A stretch of 64,000 nt of DNA. Source: Camelus dromedarius. Its lineage: Eukaryota. Under the pieces are notes generated by a model. It ran no database searches and was not told the origin of the DNA. It worked only from the letters and a program-made list of their open reading frames with translations. The translations under genes and the position numbers were made by a program. The DNA lies in contig NC_087437.1 in NCBI RefSeq assembly GCF_036321535.1, positions 82,090,001 through 82,154,000 on the forward strand, given 5' to 3'. Every line of letters begins with the position of its first letter. Positions within the stretch are counted from its first letter, which is position 1. Below, piece after piece: positions 1 through 12,078 of this stretch.

Positions 1-409
1 CCTTTTTGAAACTGAGTAGTTAGTGATTTAACTTACTGAGATAGGGAAAACTGGAGGAAAAGTAGATTTGGGGAAAAATTCAGTTGACCACTTGACATTC
101 CGATCAAATAAAGTAAGGACCTCAAGAAGACAGCCAGGTATGTGAGCCTTGAGCTCTAGGATCAAGTTTGAATACCTGGCAAGAGATTGTTCCCAAAGTC
201 CAATGGTATAACCTGCTTATTTGTGTCTCTGAGTAATCAGTGCTCTTTTAGAAGAATAAACTTTGGAAGACTAACAGACATAATTTGATAATAGTAATGT
301 ATATGAACAAAAGGTTTAGAAAATCTGAACCTCTTTAAACTGATAAAGGATTGTTATTTTAGAGATGAGATTTTTATCACTGATAATTAGAACAATTATC
401 TCTGAGAAA

Positions 410-650
410 TTTAAGTACACAGCCTGGTTTCTGACTGCCTATCTATGAATCTCAGCCTCTCCACTCACCAACTGTACGACACTGGGCAAATCATTTAATC
501 TCTTAGTGCCTCAATTTCCTCATCTATAAAATGGGGATAGTAGTAACTATATCCCTGCATACTTGTGAAGATTAAGTGAGCTAGTACATGTAAAGCAATC
601 AAAACATTATCTGGCACAGAGTAACCACGCAACAAATGCAAATTAGTAAT
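410..650 (+). mobile_element. MIR SINE
   Basis: Core ctgggcaaatcatttaatctcttagtgcctcaatttcctcatctataaaatggggata resembles the MIR consensus. Confidence 0.8.
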
Positions 651-1619
651 ATTATCTGCAGTCTCCCTACAGTATACACAGAAGTGTCTTCACATTTCAG
701 TTTTCTAGTTAGATGCTTGGTAAGAGATGGCATCAAAGACACAGAATAAGCTAGGGAAGTACACAAAAAACTCTCCTCAAAAGAAGTAGGGGCCAAGAAT
801 TTTGCAGACTGCTAAAAATATCCTCTTTAAAATTGAGCTAAAAATATGCCAGTCATTCCTAAATCCATATCTCCAGCCCTAACCCAACCCTGGAGCTCTG
901 GACTCATGCACCCAGTTGCCTATTAACATTTGACTTGGTAATTTAATAGGCATATTATACTGGAATAAAAAAGAAATCCAATCAGTGTTCTCTTTAGTTA
1001 AGTGAATGATCAAGTGACCACTTCCAAAAGCAGAAACTCCTAGCTCTGATCCACAAGTCACAAAATCCATGATGTGAATAACATTCAGCTTCACACTGAC
1101 GAAGTGCCAAGTTTGGTCAACTACATGAAATCTCAGGTATTGTAACTGCTCACTTTCTCATTAATGTTTTGTATCCATGATTCTACTGCACGTATTGTCT
1201 ACTACAAATCACTTCAAATAATTTCTTAAGGTAGGCAGGGAAAAAGGAAATAAATGAATGAAACGGAATATTAGATTACATTAGACTACTCCTAGGCTCT
1301 GCTGCCTGAGGCAGACTGTGCTGTACACACCTCAGCAGAGACAACTATCAGCCATCTTATCCTGGTACATGACTCCAATCACCACCAATGATGTTACCAA
1401 TGAAGTGACCAGATAGCCAAGGTGAACAGTTTCAGCAAAATTCTAATAGCATGGTCTCCCACTCTCGAATGTCTAGACTGGATGAGAAATTATGTCTACG
1501 TATATATATGATCACCAAAAGCCCTGTAGCATGCATTCATTTATTCAGCTATTATCTATCAAACACGAGTGAAGTGCCAGGTCCCCTGCTGGGCTCCAGT
1601 ACAACGCAGAATTCTAGTA

Positions 1620-1878
1620 CAGGCGTACCTTGGAGATATTGCAGGTTCAGTTTCAGATCACCACAATAAAGCAAATATCACAATAAAGCAAGTCACATGA
1701 ATTTTTGTTTATACCATACTGTAGTCTGTTAAATATGCAATAGCATTATACATTAAAAAGTACATATTTCAAAAATAATTTATTGCTTAAAAATGCTAAC
1801 CAACACAGGGTTGCCACAAACCTTCAACCTGTAAAAAAATGCAGTATCTGCAAAGTACAGTAAAATGAAGTATGCCTG
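1620..1878 (-). mobile_element. Tigger1-type (TcMar) internally deleted DNA transposon
   Basis: Ends CAGGCGTACCT / AAGTATGCCTG are imperfect inverted repeats, flanked by TA at 1618-1619 and 1879-1880. Confidence 0.8.
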
Positions 1879-3914
1879 TAGAAAAATGAAAGGTCCTGAA
1901 GAGCCATAAGATGTATGCAATAAGGGTCATATGCAGATCAAAAGCTTCATTTTAGTAAGGGTCTTTGCATTACCTACCACATCTAAGACATGAAAAAAGC
2001 AAAAGCATAGTACACTTCCTTACACAATAGATAGCTGGGTAGTTTAGGCAAGTGTCATACATACTGTGTGCCAATGTCTGGGCATCCATGTGTTTGCATA
2101 GTTTGATCTTAGAAAACATATACAAGAATTCTTGACCATGAATGTTGGGCCTTTGTTGTAGATGTAGACTGCTGATTAAATGACTAAAATGCTCCATCAC
2201 CTTGCCACCATATGTGTGAACTGGAAACAGGTAATAAGGAAAGATGTTTACTTTTATAGGCAAGAAGGGTAACACACAACAGGAATGAGGGCATTATTAC
2301 AGCTATCTTTCCTTTCTCTAACTTAAGGCACTATTTCTCCTTTGACTTTCAAAACAAAGTATTAGTCTGATCTTTCTTCATTATTATAGGTAGAATCAGG
2401 AAACCTGAATTGGTGCAGCTGTGATTTCTTCTGAATTAGAAACACTACACAGATTAGTTAGACAAATCACCAGTAAATAATCAATCAAGGAGATCTCAAG
2501 GAAGCATATGTGCTCACCTAACTTCAAAGCGGTTAACAAAGGGCCTTTGATAAACTTAATATTAGCAATTCTCAAAACTTATTCTTACAGCTAGAAGGAA
2601 CGTAAGAAGCAGGGTGATCCTGGGGACCCCAACATATTATCTCGATGGGAATCCTGGCAACTTAGATGAAAGAGGCTGTAACACTTTAAAGTTCTAACCA
2701 GATTCAATGTTTGGAACTGTTGGTTGGCAAAACCCTTGAAAAGATGATCTCGAAGGATCCCTCATTTTACAGATTATGATAATGATGCTCAAAGAAGCCA
2801 CACAGTAATTGTGGGAAAAATGTGACTTTGAAAGTCAGGCATACTTGACTAACTTCTTCCCAGATCTCTTCCTTGCTGAACATTAACTTTTCTGTTTCTC
2901 ATCTATAAAAATGAAGGTAATGCTTACCTTTTAAGCATGTTATGAAGATCAAATGAATTCATATTTATGAAAACATCTGGCACATAACAGATAATACATG
3001 TTAATTTTCTTCCTTCCAAAGGGTGACTAACTTGAGAGACACAGCTGGTGAGAGGCAAGAGGCAGGACTAAAATCAAGAATTAAGATCCCCTTCACCACT
3101 TAAAAGGAATTCAACTATTTCTTAATTGGCCTTTATCCTTGAATCATATCATAAAATATGTTTTTTAACACCTGAGTTGTAGGGGGCAGGATTAAAGTAA
3201 ATGTGGAATATCACAGCCTGCAAGGAAAGGTATTCATGCCTTCAATCAGGGATACGTTTACTGGAAACAAAACTGCCAAAAAGTCAGGAGGTTTAATCAA
3301 GGAAGTATTATATTGGCAACCTTTTAAAAAATGACATCTGCTCAGTATGTACATGAAGTCTGCCTTTCTGGAAACAATGCTGTAGTAGAATTTTGTTGTT
3401 TTTAGTGGATATTTCACAACTCATATTTCAAGATTAATGTTTGCAGCAAATATGTATCAACTGTTAATCATGTGCAGGGCCCTGTGGACTCTACAGATGT
3501 GAATTAGGCTTTTGCTTTGTCCTAAAAAAAATCTTAGAATCTAGTAAAGAAGAGAGGTAGATTTGGAAGAATGATTTTTAAAAAACAAAGAAAAAACCCA
3601 CCAAATTGTACATTAAGCCACGGGACTTTAAAAGTTCAAGGCAAACCTGCAGTGAGGAGTTACTTAAAGCTACCTACTCAATAATAAAATGTTCACTGCA
3701 TTGGCAGTGGGTACACACAGCATAATAAACACTGTCTGAATTGTGTTAACTGAATTCTAGTTTTGTTTCTGACACCAACTAGCTGTGTGAACTTATGCTA
3801 TTTGAAATCTTTAGGTTTCATGTTCCTCATCTGTAAAACGAGTGAGTTCAAGTGGGATCTCTTGTCTCCTTCAGACTCAGAGTCCAAATTACATGATAAT
3901 GATAGCAAGACGAA

Positions 3915-4145
3915 CTGAAGCTAGCTTTTATTTACCGGGCACATATTATGAAGCAAGCACTGTGCTAAAAGTACATCATGTGTATTATCTTCATTTAACC
4001 TTCACAACAAGCTTATGAAATTGGTATTACTATTCTTATTTTACAGATGAGGAAAAGGAGACAAAACAGTATTAGAGAGCTGGAGTTGCGATCTGAACAG
4101 AGGACTGTCTGAATTTAATCCAGGAGTTAACCCTTAACCATTACG
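3915..4145 (-). mobile_element. MIR SINE
   Basis: cttattttacagatgaggaaaaggagac is the reverse complement of the MIR core. Confidence 0.75.
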
Positions 4146-4269
4146 CCCAAACTCCGTCTCCGTGAAAACTGTCTTATCCACTAAGAAATGAGGAAAAGAA
4201 AAACTGCCAGGAAAAGGGTCCTTCCTGACTATAGGCCAGATCTGAGTTAAGGTCACACGTGTCTGTTCT

Positions 4270-4730
4270 ACACGTTAGTAAGCCTCTCGCACCACTTGCT
4301 CCTCGATGCTCGCGCGCTCCCACAGCCATGCGCCCCATCGCGGGGCGAACACGGTGACGACCAGAGCCTGGTCCGGGCTGAGGCGCACGGACCGGCGGGA
4401 GGTTGGGGGAGGCCCCGCAGGAGCGCGGGGAGAGAGAGGGTACCTGGACTGCTGGCGGCTCCTGCCGGCTGGTGCTCCCACCACTCGTCTCCAAGATCGT
4501 CTGCCATCTCCACGCAGGACTCGACGCGGGCTGAGCGCCAGGGAAAAGCGGGAGCTGGCCTGAGCTCGCGCTGCCTCAGAGCCCAGCGGCCGGCGTTGCA
4601 GCACGCGTAGCCTCTCCTCAGGCTCTGTCGCCTCCGCCCCGCGGCGATGACGTCATAACCTCCGCCCCGCCTCCCCGGCAGCTGCGCCCAACTCGTGGCA
4701 GTTTCTACACCGGTCCTAACTGGCTCGCTC
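4270..4730. promoter_or_regulatory. CpG island and promoter of CMSS1
   Basis: Sharp rise in GC and CpG density over exon 1. GC boxes (CCGCCC) at 4634-4639 and 4662-4667; palindromic CRE ATGACGTCAT at 4647-4656; no obvious TATA box. Confidence 0.88.
4444..4507 (-). CDS. CMSS1: CMSS1 (Cms1 ribosomal small subunit homolog), first coding exon; the rest of the gene lies beyond position 1
   Basis: Translates [21 protein letters not shown] plus 1 nt, matching the recalled CMSS1 N-terminus ([10 protein letters not shown]...SSP). ATG in strong context GAGATGG at 4507-4505; donor CCAG|GTACCC after 4444 (phase 1). Lies in a CpG island, and COL8A1-CMSS1 adjacency is known in mammals. Confidence 0.93.
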
Positions 4731-5849
4731 AGTCTGGAGACTCAAAGTAAATCCTCACAAAAGCATAAAGACAAGAAGACACGTAAAAAAAAATTATCGT
4801 TTTTTAAAATGCTTCTTTTAAAACCTTTTTTTTAGGTTTTATTTTTGCCGAATAGATATTGTCGAAAGTGCGAGACGAGATGCTAAGACGATTTTTCTCT
4901 GTTCAGTTTCAAAGAGCTTGAGTCGCGGGAGAAGACCAGAGCACGTGGGTGTGTTTTCGTTTGTGTGTCAGTGTTTTGAGCATCCATGTGTTTGTACTTA
5001 GAAAACGTGCACAAGAACTCATGATTGTGAATTTTGGGGCTTTGTTATAGATGAAGGTACTGTTCTTTTTATACTGTATGAGTAAAGAAAATGTTGATTG
5101 GTATGGAAGTGGTCGCCCACCGACAGATCCAAGTGGTCCGGAGAGTTTAGAGTCAGCCTCCCTACACCCACTTCGGTTACGGTGTCCCTCACCCCGGTTT
5201 TGTGAAACAAAGAAGGAAAAAAGAAGGGAGCCCACTGCTGCCTAAGTGTAGGTAAGAGACCTACAGTGCTTGTCTCACTCCCTGAAGTGGCGGCAGAGAT
5301 GGGCAGGGAAACCCCTCTGGGCGGCGAGTGCTGGGGCCAGTTTTAAGTGTGGATGATACTTTTCAGGGCAGTCTTCGCACACAGAGGTGAAGGTCATACA
5401 AAGATGTGTTAAGTATACACAGTGTCCGGCATTATGATTGGAATAGTGGTTTAAAGATGAGTAGGATATATCCCACTTACCAGATGTCACCAACTCTAGT
5501 AGAGGAAATACAAAAATTGTAAGAATAAATGTGTAAACTAATGATAGGGTACATCCTCGAAAATGACTAGGACCGAGACTCTTAATCTGATGAGGATAGA
5601 ATTAGCCATAAGTGAAAAATTACCCCAAACCCACCCAACTAATATATGGCTTATAGATGCATTCCTGCGTAGACTTTATCAGTATGCTCTAAACGTCCTA
5701 AAAGGGAAGATATTAGATATAAATGTGGCAAATGTAAAATAATCTGTAATCATCAAAATTAATGTATCTTTCATGAGGAAATGTAGATGGCAGAAGATTA
5801 TGGTGGTTGATTGAAAAGGAAAGTTGTTAAATACTAATATGGAAAAGGA

Positions 5850-6660
5850 CGTGCCAAAATTAAGAAGTCTGTCAGTACCACATTCTGGAGAGTATGTGCA
5901 TCAATGAGAATTCTTACACATTACTGCCATGACTGTAAATTGATAAAACCACTTAGAAGAGCAATATGGCAAAATCTTGTAAAGTTCAACATAATGCATC
6001 TTTTGATACAGCAGTTTCCACTCCTAACTGTATACATTTAGGAAGCTCTTGCATGTGTGTACCAGGAAACTATAAAGGAATATTCACAAGTGACACAGTT
6101 AATAATAGCAAAAAAGTGGAAACGACCCAAATCTGTTTATATAGGATAACTAAACTGTAGCATAATCACACAAGCAAAATAAATGAATAATAATACATAT
6201 TATCTACACATAATAATGTGGATATATTTTGGAAACATAATGATGGGTTTAAAACAGCCAATTCCCAGGTGCCATTTTTTGGAAAATAAATATCCTACTT
6301 TATTTCACAGCATCAACTTCCAGATGTCCTCAAGTCTTTTTTTATTGAAGTATAGTCAGTTATAATGTGTCATTTTATAAAGTTCAAATACAAGGAAAAT
6401 TAAAAATTCTTTAGGCAAAAAATACACATGTGATTTTAAGATAAGAGAATAATAAGCACAAAATTCAGGATATGGATTGGCAGAGGAGGGGAGTGGTCAG
6501 GGACATGGGATTAGAAAGAACAAAAGTAAATGTAATTTAATGGTAAAGTTCTAATTCAGGTAGAGTGGGTTTGCATGTAAGTATTATGCCTATAACTTAT
6601 AGGTACATTACATATATGTTTGTGATATGAAGAACACTTATTTATATAATTTAAAATACA
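5850..6660 (+). mobile_element. Old L1 (L1ME-like) 3' fragment
   Basis: Diverged L1 ORF2-end/3' UTR motifs (cagcagtttccactccta, aataatagcaaaaaagtggaaacgacccaaat). Confidence 0.6.
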
Positions 6661-6799
6661 AAGGGAAAGATCCACTTATAGAAAATACAGATTTTCAGTA
6701 GTTAGGTGCTATTCACTAAGGGTTCACTAAGATTCCAGTAATAGACCCTTTATCTCAAATGACACTCAAAACTGCCAGACAGTCCTACTGCCTTTCCTA

Positions 6800-7320
6800 T
6801 GTGAGTTCACTTTCCCATTCTCTGATCTTACCCCAGGATCCGTCTTCCTCTTGGCCCTGGATCCCAACTACTTTCACCTTCTTCTAACCTCCTTAACATC
6901 AGTAAGTGGCAGCACCCACCCACTAATTTATTCTCGTCTGATTTATTGGTAAGTCTGGTTGGATATATCTCCAAAATATATCTCATATCTAAACATTTAA
7001 CCATCCTCTCCATCACTTTCATCAGTACAGCCTTGGCCTGAGATAGTTATCTCTTTCTTGAACCACTGTAATAGGCTTCTAACCACTCTCCCTACTTCTT
7101 TTCTTGTCCCACCTCAGTCTTGCTTCCTCACAGCAGTCAGGATCATTATGAAACTCCCCTATTTATAATGTTTCAGTCATATCTCATCACACACCCCCTC
7201 TCCCATCATCTTGAGGACTGTAATTAAATCTCTCTTATTCATGACTGTAGCCCCAAGACCAAGGATAGTACCTGACACAGAGTAGACACTCAAAGTACAT
7301 TGCTGCCTGACTGAATTTGA
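6800..7320 (+). mobile_element. L2 LINE 3' fragment
   Basis: L2-like text ending tagtacctgacacagagtagacactcaaagtacattgctgcctgactgaat. Confidence 0.6.
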
Positions 7321-7407
7321 ACTGCCTTTTCTCTGTTTTACTTACCAAACAGCCTTCTGATAGTTCAGTTTGTTTCCCAAGTCAGCTTTCTTTCTGGCAA
7401 CAGACAT

Positions 7408-7628
7408 GAAGTGTCAGCAAACTAAGGCCTCAAGCCAAATGCAGCCCATAGCTTGTTTTGTCCTGGTGAGCTAAGAATGTTTTTAGCTCAAAGCATTGTT
7501 AAGAAAAAGAAAAGACAAAATAAAATGAACCAATAACAAAAAGAGAAGAAAAATATGCAATAGAGATTTTATGTAGCCCTCATATATTTACTGCCTGGTC
7601 CTTTGCAAAAAAAATTTTGCTGACCTCA
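7408..7628. mobile_element. MER58-like hAT-Charlie MITE
   Basis: Ends gtcagcaaac / tttgctgac are inverted repeats; interior ggtgagctaagaatg and atatttactgcctggtcctttgc resemble MER58. Confidence 0.65.
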
Positions 7629-8779
7629 GATGATATTAGCTAGCCAGCCTAAGTTGTACATCCATTAAACTGTTCTATTTATCAGTGACTCAACATCCTA
7701 ATTTGTAAATCAGTCTATTGTGAAATCCTTTACCCTAGAGTCTGATCACTTCATCTAACATGGAGAAACTCAAGCTGAAACAGGTCTTTATCTGCTCCCT
7801 CTTCCTGTGCAGTATCTGAATAAGTACTGTGAGAATTTGAAGGAGGAAGTATTCATTTCGTAATGGGATGAACTGAGAAGCTGTCATAAAGGAGGTGGTC
7901 CTTAAACTTGACCTTGTCAATGGATGTCGATTGGCATATTGTTTTGGACAAGTCATTTCACCTTGCTGGGCTTCACCTTGCTCATCTGTGAAACAAAAGA
8001 AATAAATTGAATGACTCCTGAGGTCTCTTCCAACTCCTTGCCTTAATCTTGAATGCCAGACCAAGAATTCTGGATATTAGTGTTCATTAGATGCAAAGGA
8101 TGTGATGAAAGTATTCTCTTAAGAAAGCTAAATTGGTGTTACTGTACATGTTAGATAAAAGATTTGAGCAGAGCTTTCTGTCTGGAGTGGGTGTGACACA
8201 ATACTCACCCCCTCAGTCTTTGGCGCAGGAGAGCCCCTGGGCAGTTGCTTCACGCTGAGGGTAACCTCATCTCCTCATTCCAGTGTTATACAAATGTTGC
8301 CATTTTTATGGATATTGTTATGTAAAACAGTTGGGAAGGAGTGGATTAGAAGGAGGGAAAAAAAAGTTTAAAGGCTGTTTTGTGAAGGTTCACCATACAG
8401 CCTGAAAAATGCTTAATCAGGGCAGGGGTTCTTAGTTCTTGAACTCAGTCTATAAATTTACTTCAGGGAGTCCATGAGCCCCTGATAGTGTATTCAAATT
8501 TTTGCATCAGATGGGCCGTGATAATGATGATAATAACAGGAGCAGCAGCAGCAGCATGTTCCAGGTACCTCTCTAGGTGTTTTATATCATAATTCATTTA
8601 ATTGTCCTCCATAAGGTACTATACTGGATTGAATATTTTCCATTTAACACTCTACCTTTCTGTGCCCTACAACGCTCATGTCCCCTGAGCTCTGGCTTCA
8701 GATTTGAGTTCAGCAAATTGCAGATGACAGTAAGAAATCAAAGGATGAGAGAAAAATGACACCCTATATGTCCTCTCTT

Positions 8780-8931
8780 CAAGGCTGGGACTTGGGGGAG
8801 GCAAACAGAGGCCCAGGGTGCAAAATGTAAGGAGTCACTCACTCTCAGGCTGGCACTTGCGCAAACCTGAGAGTGAGTGCCTCCTTAAATGTGCTGGAGG
8901 TGCCTGCTTGCCTCACCCTAGTCCTGGCCCT
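8780..8931. mobile_element. MER96-like palindromic hAT MITE
   Basis: Inner arms 8829-8849 and 8866-8886 are reverse complements at 20/21 positions; outer arms ggctgggacttgggggaggcaa / ttgcctcaccctagtcctggcc. Confidence 0.75.
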
Positions 8932-9334
8932 CATTCATCTACTAAAGGCCACAGCTCCTACTTACTCCCTTTGCAGTTTTGGGGGTGAAATGATGAGTTT
9001 AGTCTTAGACCAGGTAGAAACAAACAACAAACAAGTAAAGAAATAGATCATTTCAGATAATAAAATACTCCAAAGGAAATAAACAGCAATCATGACCTGG
9101 CTGGGAGGGTAAGTGGAGGAGCTTGGCAAGAGAGAAGGGTGGAAAGGGAGGCAGGGGCCAGAACTGGAAAGGCTCCTCAGCCATGATAAGAATTTCAAGT
9201 GGGAAACCCTAGGGGATTTTTAGTCTGGGAGATCTGCTTACATTTTCCAAGCTGGCTGGTGTGCAAGAACAGTTGAAGCAGGAAGAGGAGTTTGCAGGCT
9301 GTTGCATTTATCCAAGTGAGATAGCAGTGGCTTG

Positions 9335-9612
9335 GAGATGGGGCCTTTAGGAGGTAGTTTAGTAATGAGAGTGGAGCCCTAATGAATGGGTTTAGTGCCC
9401 TTATAAGAAGAGGCCAGAGAGCTAGGTAGCTCTCTTTCTACTGTGTGAGGACACAACAAGCTGGTTCTCTATAAATTAAGAAGACAGTGCTCACTAGGAA
9501 TCTGACCATGCCAGCACCAGGATCTTGGACTTCCTGCCTCCAGGATTGTGAGAAATAAACATTTGTTGTTTAAGTCTATGGTAAGTTGTATGGCAGCCTA
9601 AGCTGTCTAAGA
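9335..9612 (+). mobile_element. MLT1 (MaLR) LTR fragment inserted in L2-like sequence
   Basis: gggtttagtgcccttataagaagaggccagaga ... gtgagaaataaacatttgttgtttaag is typical of MLT1. Confidence 0.75.
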
Positions 9613-9968
9613 TTGCTGGGCCTCCACTATTCAGACGTCAGGTGGAGGAGGAGAGACCACAGAGCCCGGGAGAGAATGGCCAGAGAGGGAAGAGCAGAGC
9701 CAGGCAAATGTGATTGTCATGGAGATAAGGAAGAAGAGTGGTCCCCAAATAAGGGCATGCTGCTAAGAGTCAAGGAAGAGAGGGGATAATTACAGGAGTC
9801 AGGTTCTTGCAGAGGGGAAACGGCTGGAGATCCAGAGCCAAGAGAGGAGATGCCATCTGACATGAACAGTCATTTCATTGTAAAGAGATTTGATGGCTGC
9901 AAGATTTGATGGTGTTCCTGTGGCTTCTGTTTTCTCAATGAATTCTGAAACCTAATAATGATCTAAAA

Positions 9969-10140
9969 CAGTGGTTCCCAGTTCTGGCTTTGTGGTGGAA
10001 TTTCCTGAAAATGTTTGTTATAAATACAAACTCCTGAGTGCTACCTCCTAGAGGTTCTGATTGAGTAAGTCCTAGATGGGGCATGAGAATTTTTTCTTTA
10101 AGAATTCTCCGGAGATCTGATGCCTACCAGTTTTGGGATT
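9969..10140. mobile_element. MER5-like hAT-Charlie MITE
   Basis: cagtggttccca ... ctagaggttctgattgagtaagtcctagatggggc resembles MER5A. Confidence 0.6.
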
Positions 10141-10764
10141 TGATGACATTTTAAAGGCATAAATGCAGAGGAGAAATGAATCAGGTGGGTTGCCAAGAAA
10201 AAGTTCAGCAAGTGTGTTTTTTTTTTAATTTATCAAGTGAACCTTTGTAATAGTGATTTTATCCACAATAAAGAACCACTGACATCCCCTCAACCCCAGC
10301 AAACATATACCACTTTTCACACATACATGAAACCAAAGGATCCCTTGGAATTTACATTCTAAAAAGAGTCCGTATGGATTTGATTCATCTGTATGGGGTT
10401 GGGGTTTCACTTAGTCTCACGGATAACCAGTAGTACTAGCACCATTCATTTAAATAGTCTTTTTTCTTCAGTTCTTTGCAGTGACATCAAATAACCAAGT
10501 GTCCATGTGTTTGTGGGGCAATTTTAAGACCCTCCATTCTGCTCCACTGGTCATTGTTCATCTCTGTTCCAATATCACAGTATCTTTATTAGCCTTTTCA
10601 TATTTTTCTTCCCTTTGTCTATTTGTGTATATATTTAGGGTGATTTCCTCAGATGTAACTTCCAGTTCACTAACTGTCTCTTCAGTTATGATTAATATGC
10701 TATGCTAAATCCATTGAGGGAGTATATATATATACATATATATTTCCCCCCACTTGGGAAATCC

Positions 10765-11635
10765 ACTTCTGTGTTTCTGCTTTACTTTCACATAGTACCA
10801 TACTCACAATACGTCTGGCACCAGATGTGTGGGTTTTCCACACATCAAGCAATTCTCTGTGATACCACACCAGCTGAGTGTTCTGTAATTCAATTTAGTT
10901 CTGACACTAGCTGGAGTTAGTACACACTCTGTAGGTTAAGGGCTTAGTCCCACAAGACTGCCCACCCTCCTGCTTAGATGCCAGTCACAAGGCCTCAGTT
11001 GTCACCTGTGCTTCTGACTTATCAGTTATAAATCAGAGGTTCTTCTGCACACCCTCCTTGGGTTCAGTAGTTTACTAGAAAAGCTCGCAGAACTCAGAGA
11101 AATACTTATACCAACCAATTTATTGTATAAAGGATGAACAGCAAGATGAAGAGATGCATAGGGTAAGGTTCAGAAGGGTCCCCAAGTGCAGGAACTTCTG
11201 TTTCCATGGAGTTGGAGTGTGACAATCTCCTGACATATGGTTCTGTTCAACCTGGAAGCTCTCTGAACCCCATTCTTTTGGGGGTTTTATGGAGGCTACA
11301 TTATGTAGGCATGATCCATCATTAACTCAATCTCCAGCCCCTCTCCCCTTCTGGGAGGATGGGGAGTGGGTCTGAAAGTGTCAAGCTTCTAATCATGGCT
11401 TAGTCTTTCTGGTGACCAGCCTCTATCCAGGAGCTCACCAAGTGACACTTTATTAGAAGAAATGATTCTCCTACCAACCAGGAAATTCCAGGGAATTTAG
11501 GAGTTCTGTGTCAGAAACGGGTCAAAAACCAAATATTGAAACAAAAGATGCTCCTAGTGCCTTTATCACTAAGGAAATTCCAAGGAATTTAGGAACTCTG
11601 TGTTAGGAACCAGGAGGCAGACACAATGCCTTTTT
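10765..11635. mobile_element. MER21-like solo LTR (ERVL group)
   Basis: tgtgtgggttttccacacatcaagcaattctc ... ggttaagggcttagtcccacaagactgccc ... aaggaaattccaaggaatttaggaactctgtg resembles the recalled MER21 consensus. Confidence 0.7.
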
Positions 11636-11643
11636 AATCATAC

Positions 11644-12078
11644 TGTCCTCTTCTTTCATTATGACTTTGAAGCAATACTGCTGATTCCCTGCTCCATTTT
11701 CCTTTGGCCCCTGACTGAGCTTCCTTGCAGCTGTAGTAGACCATTTCCATCATACTAACAACTTCCCTCCCTGACTATCCCTACTGTTTGCTTCTCTGGC
11801 ACCACAGGAGCTTGTTCAGCCCAAGGTTCAACGAAGTTAATGCTCCCAAGAGCAACCCTAAACCAAAGGGAAACAGGTGTTAGTAGATAATGCTCCAAAT
11901 TCTCCATCCTTTGGTGGCACAATTCTGAAATACATTTCACAGTTTATAGCCTTTCTGTTTTTCCTGTATCCTTTCCCCACTCTCTAACTTGTGCTTCCTG
12001 AGATCACCTCCCAAATAATATGCCTGCACCCAAGTCCTGGTCTCAGGGTCTGTTTTGGAAGCAACCTAAATTAAGATA
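11644..12078 (+). mobile_element. LTR16-like 5' LTR of an ERV-L element
   Basis: Ends gatcacctcccaaataa...ctcagggtctgttttggaagcaacctaaattaagata, an LTR16-type terminus, directly followed by internal sequence. Confidence 0.65.

Noticed and set aside
1..4443. FILIP1L exons (known to be nested antisense in CMSS1 intron 1)
   Set aside because: No coiled-coil coding sequence is seen; the gene is expected further into the intron, outside the window.
4174..4610. Several 80-110 aa ORFs on both strands
   Set aside because: Stop-poor CpG island. Only 4507..4444 matches a known protein, and it ends at a splice donor.
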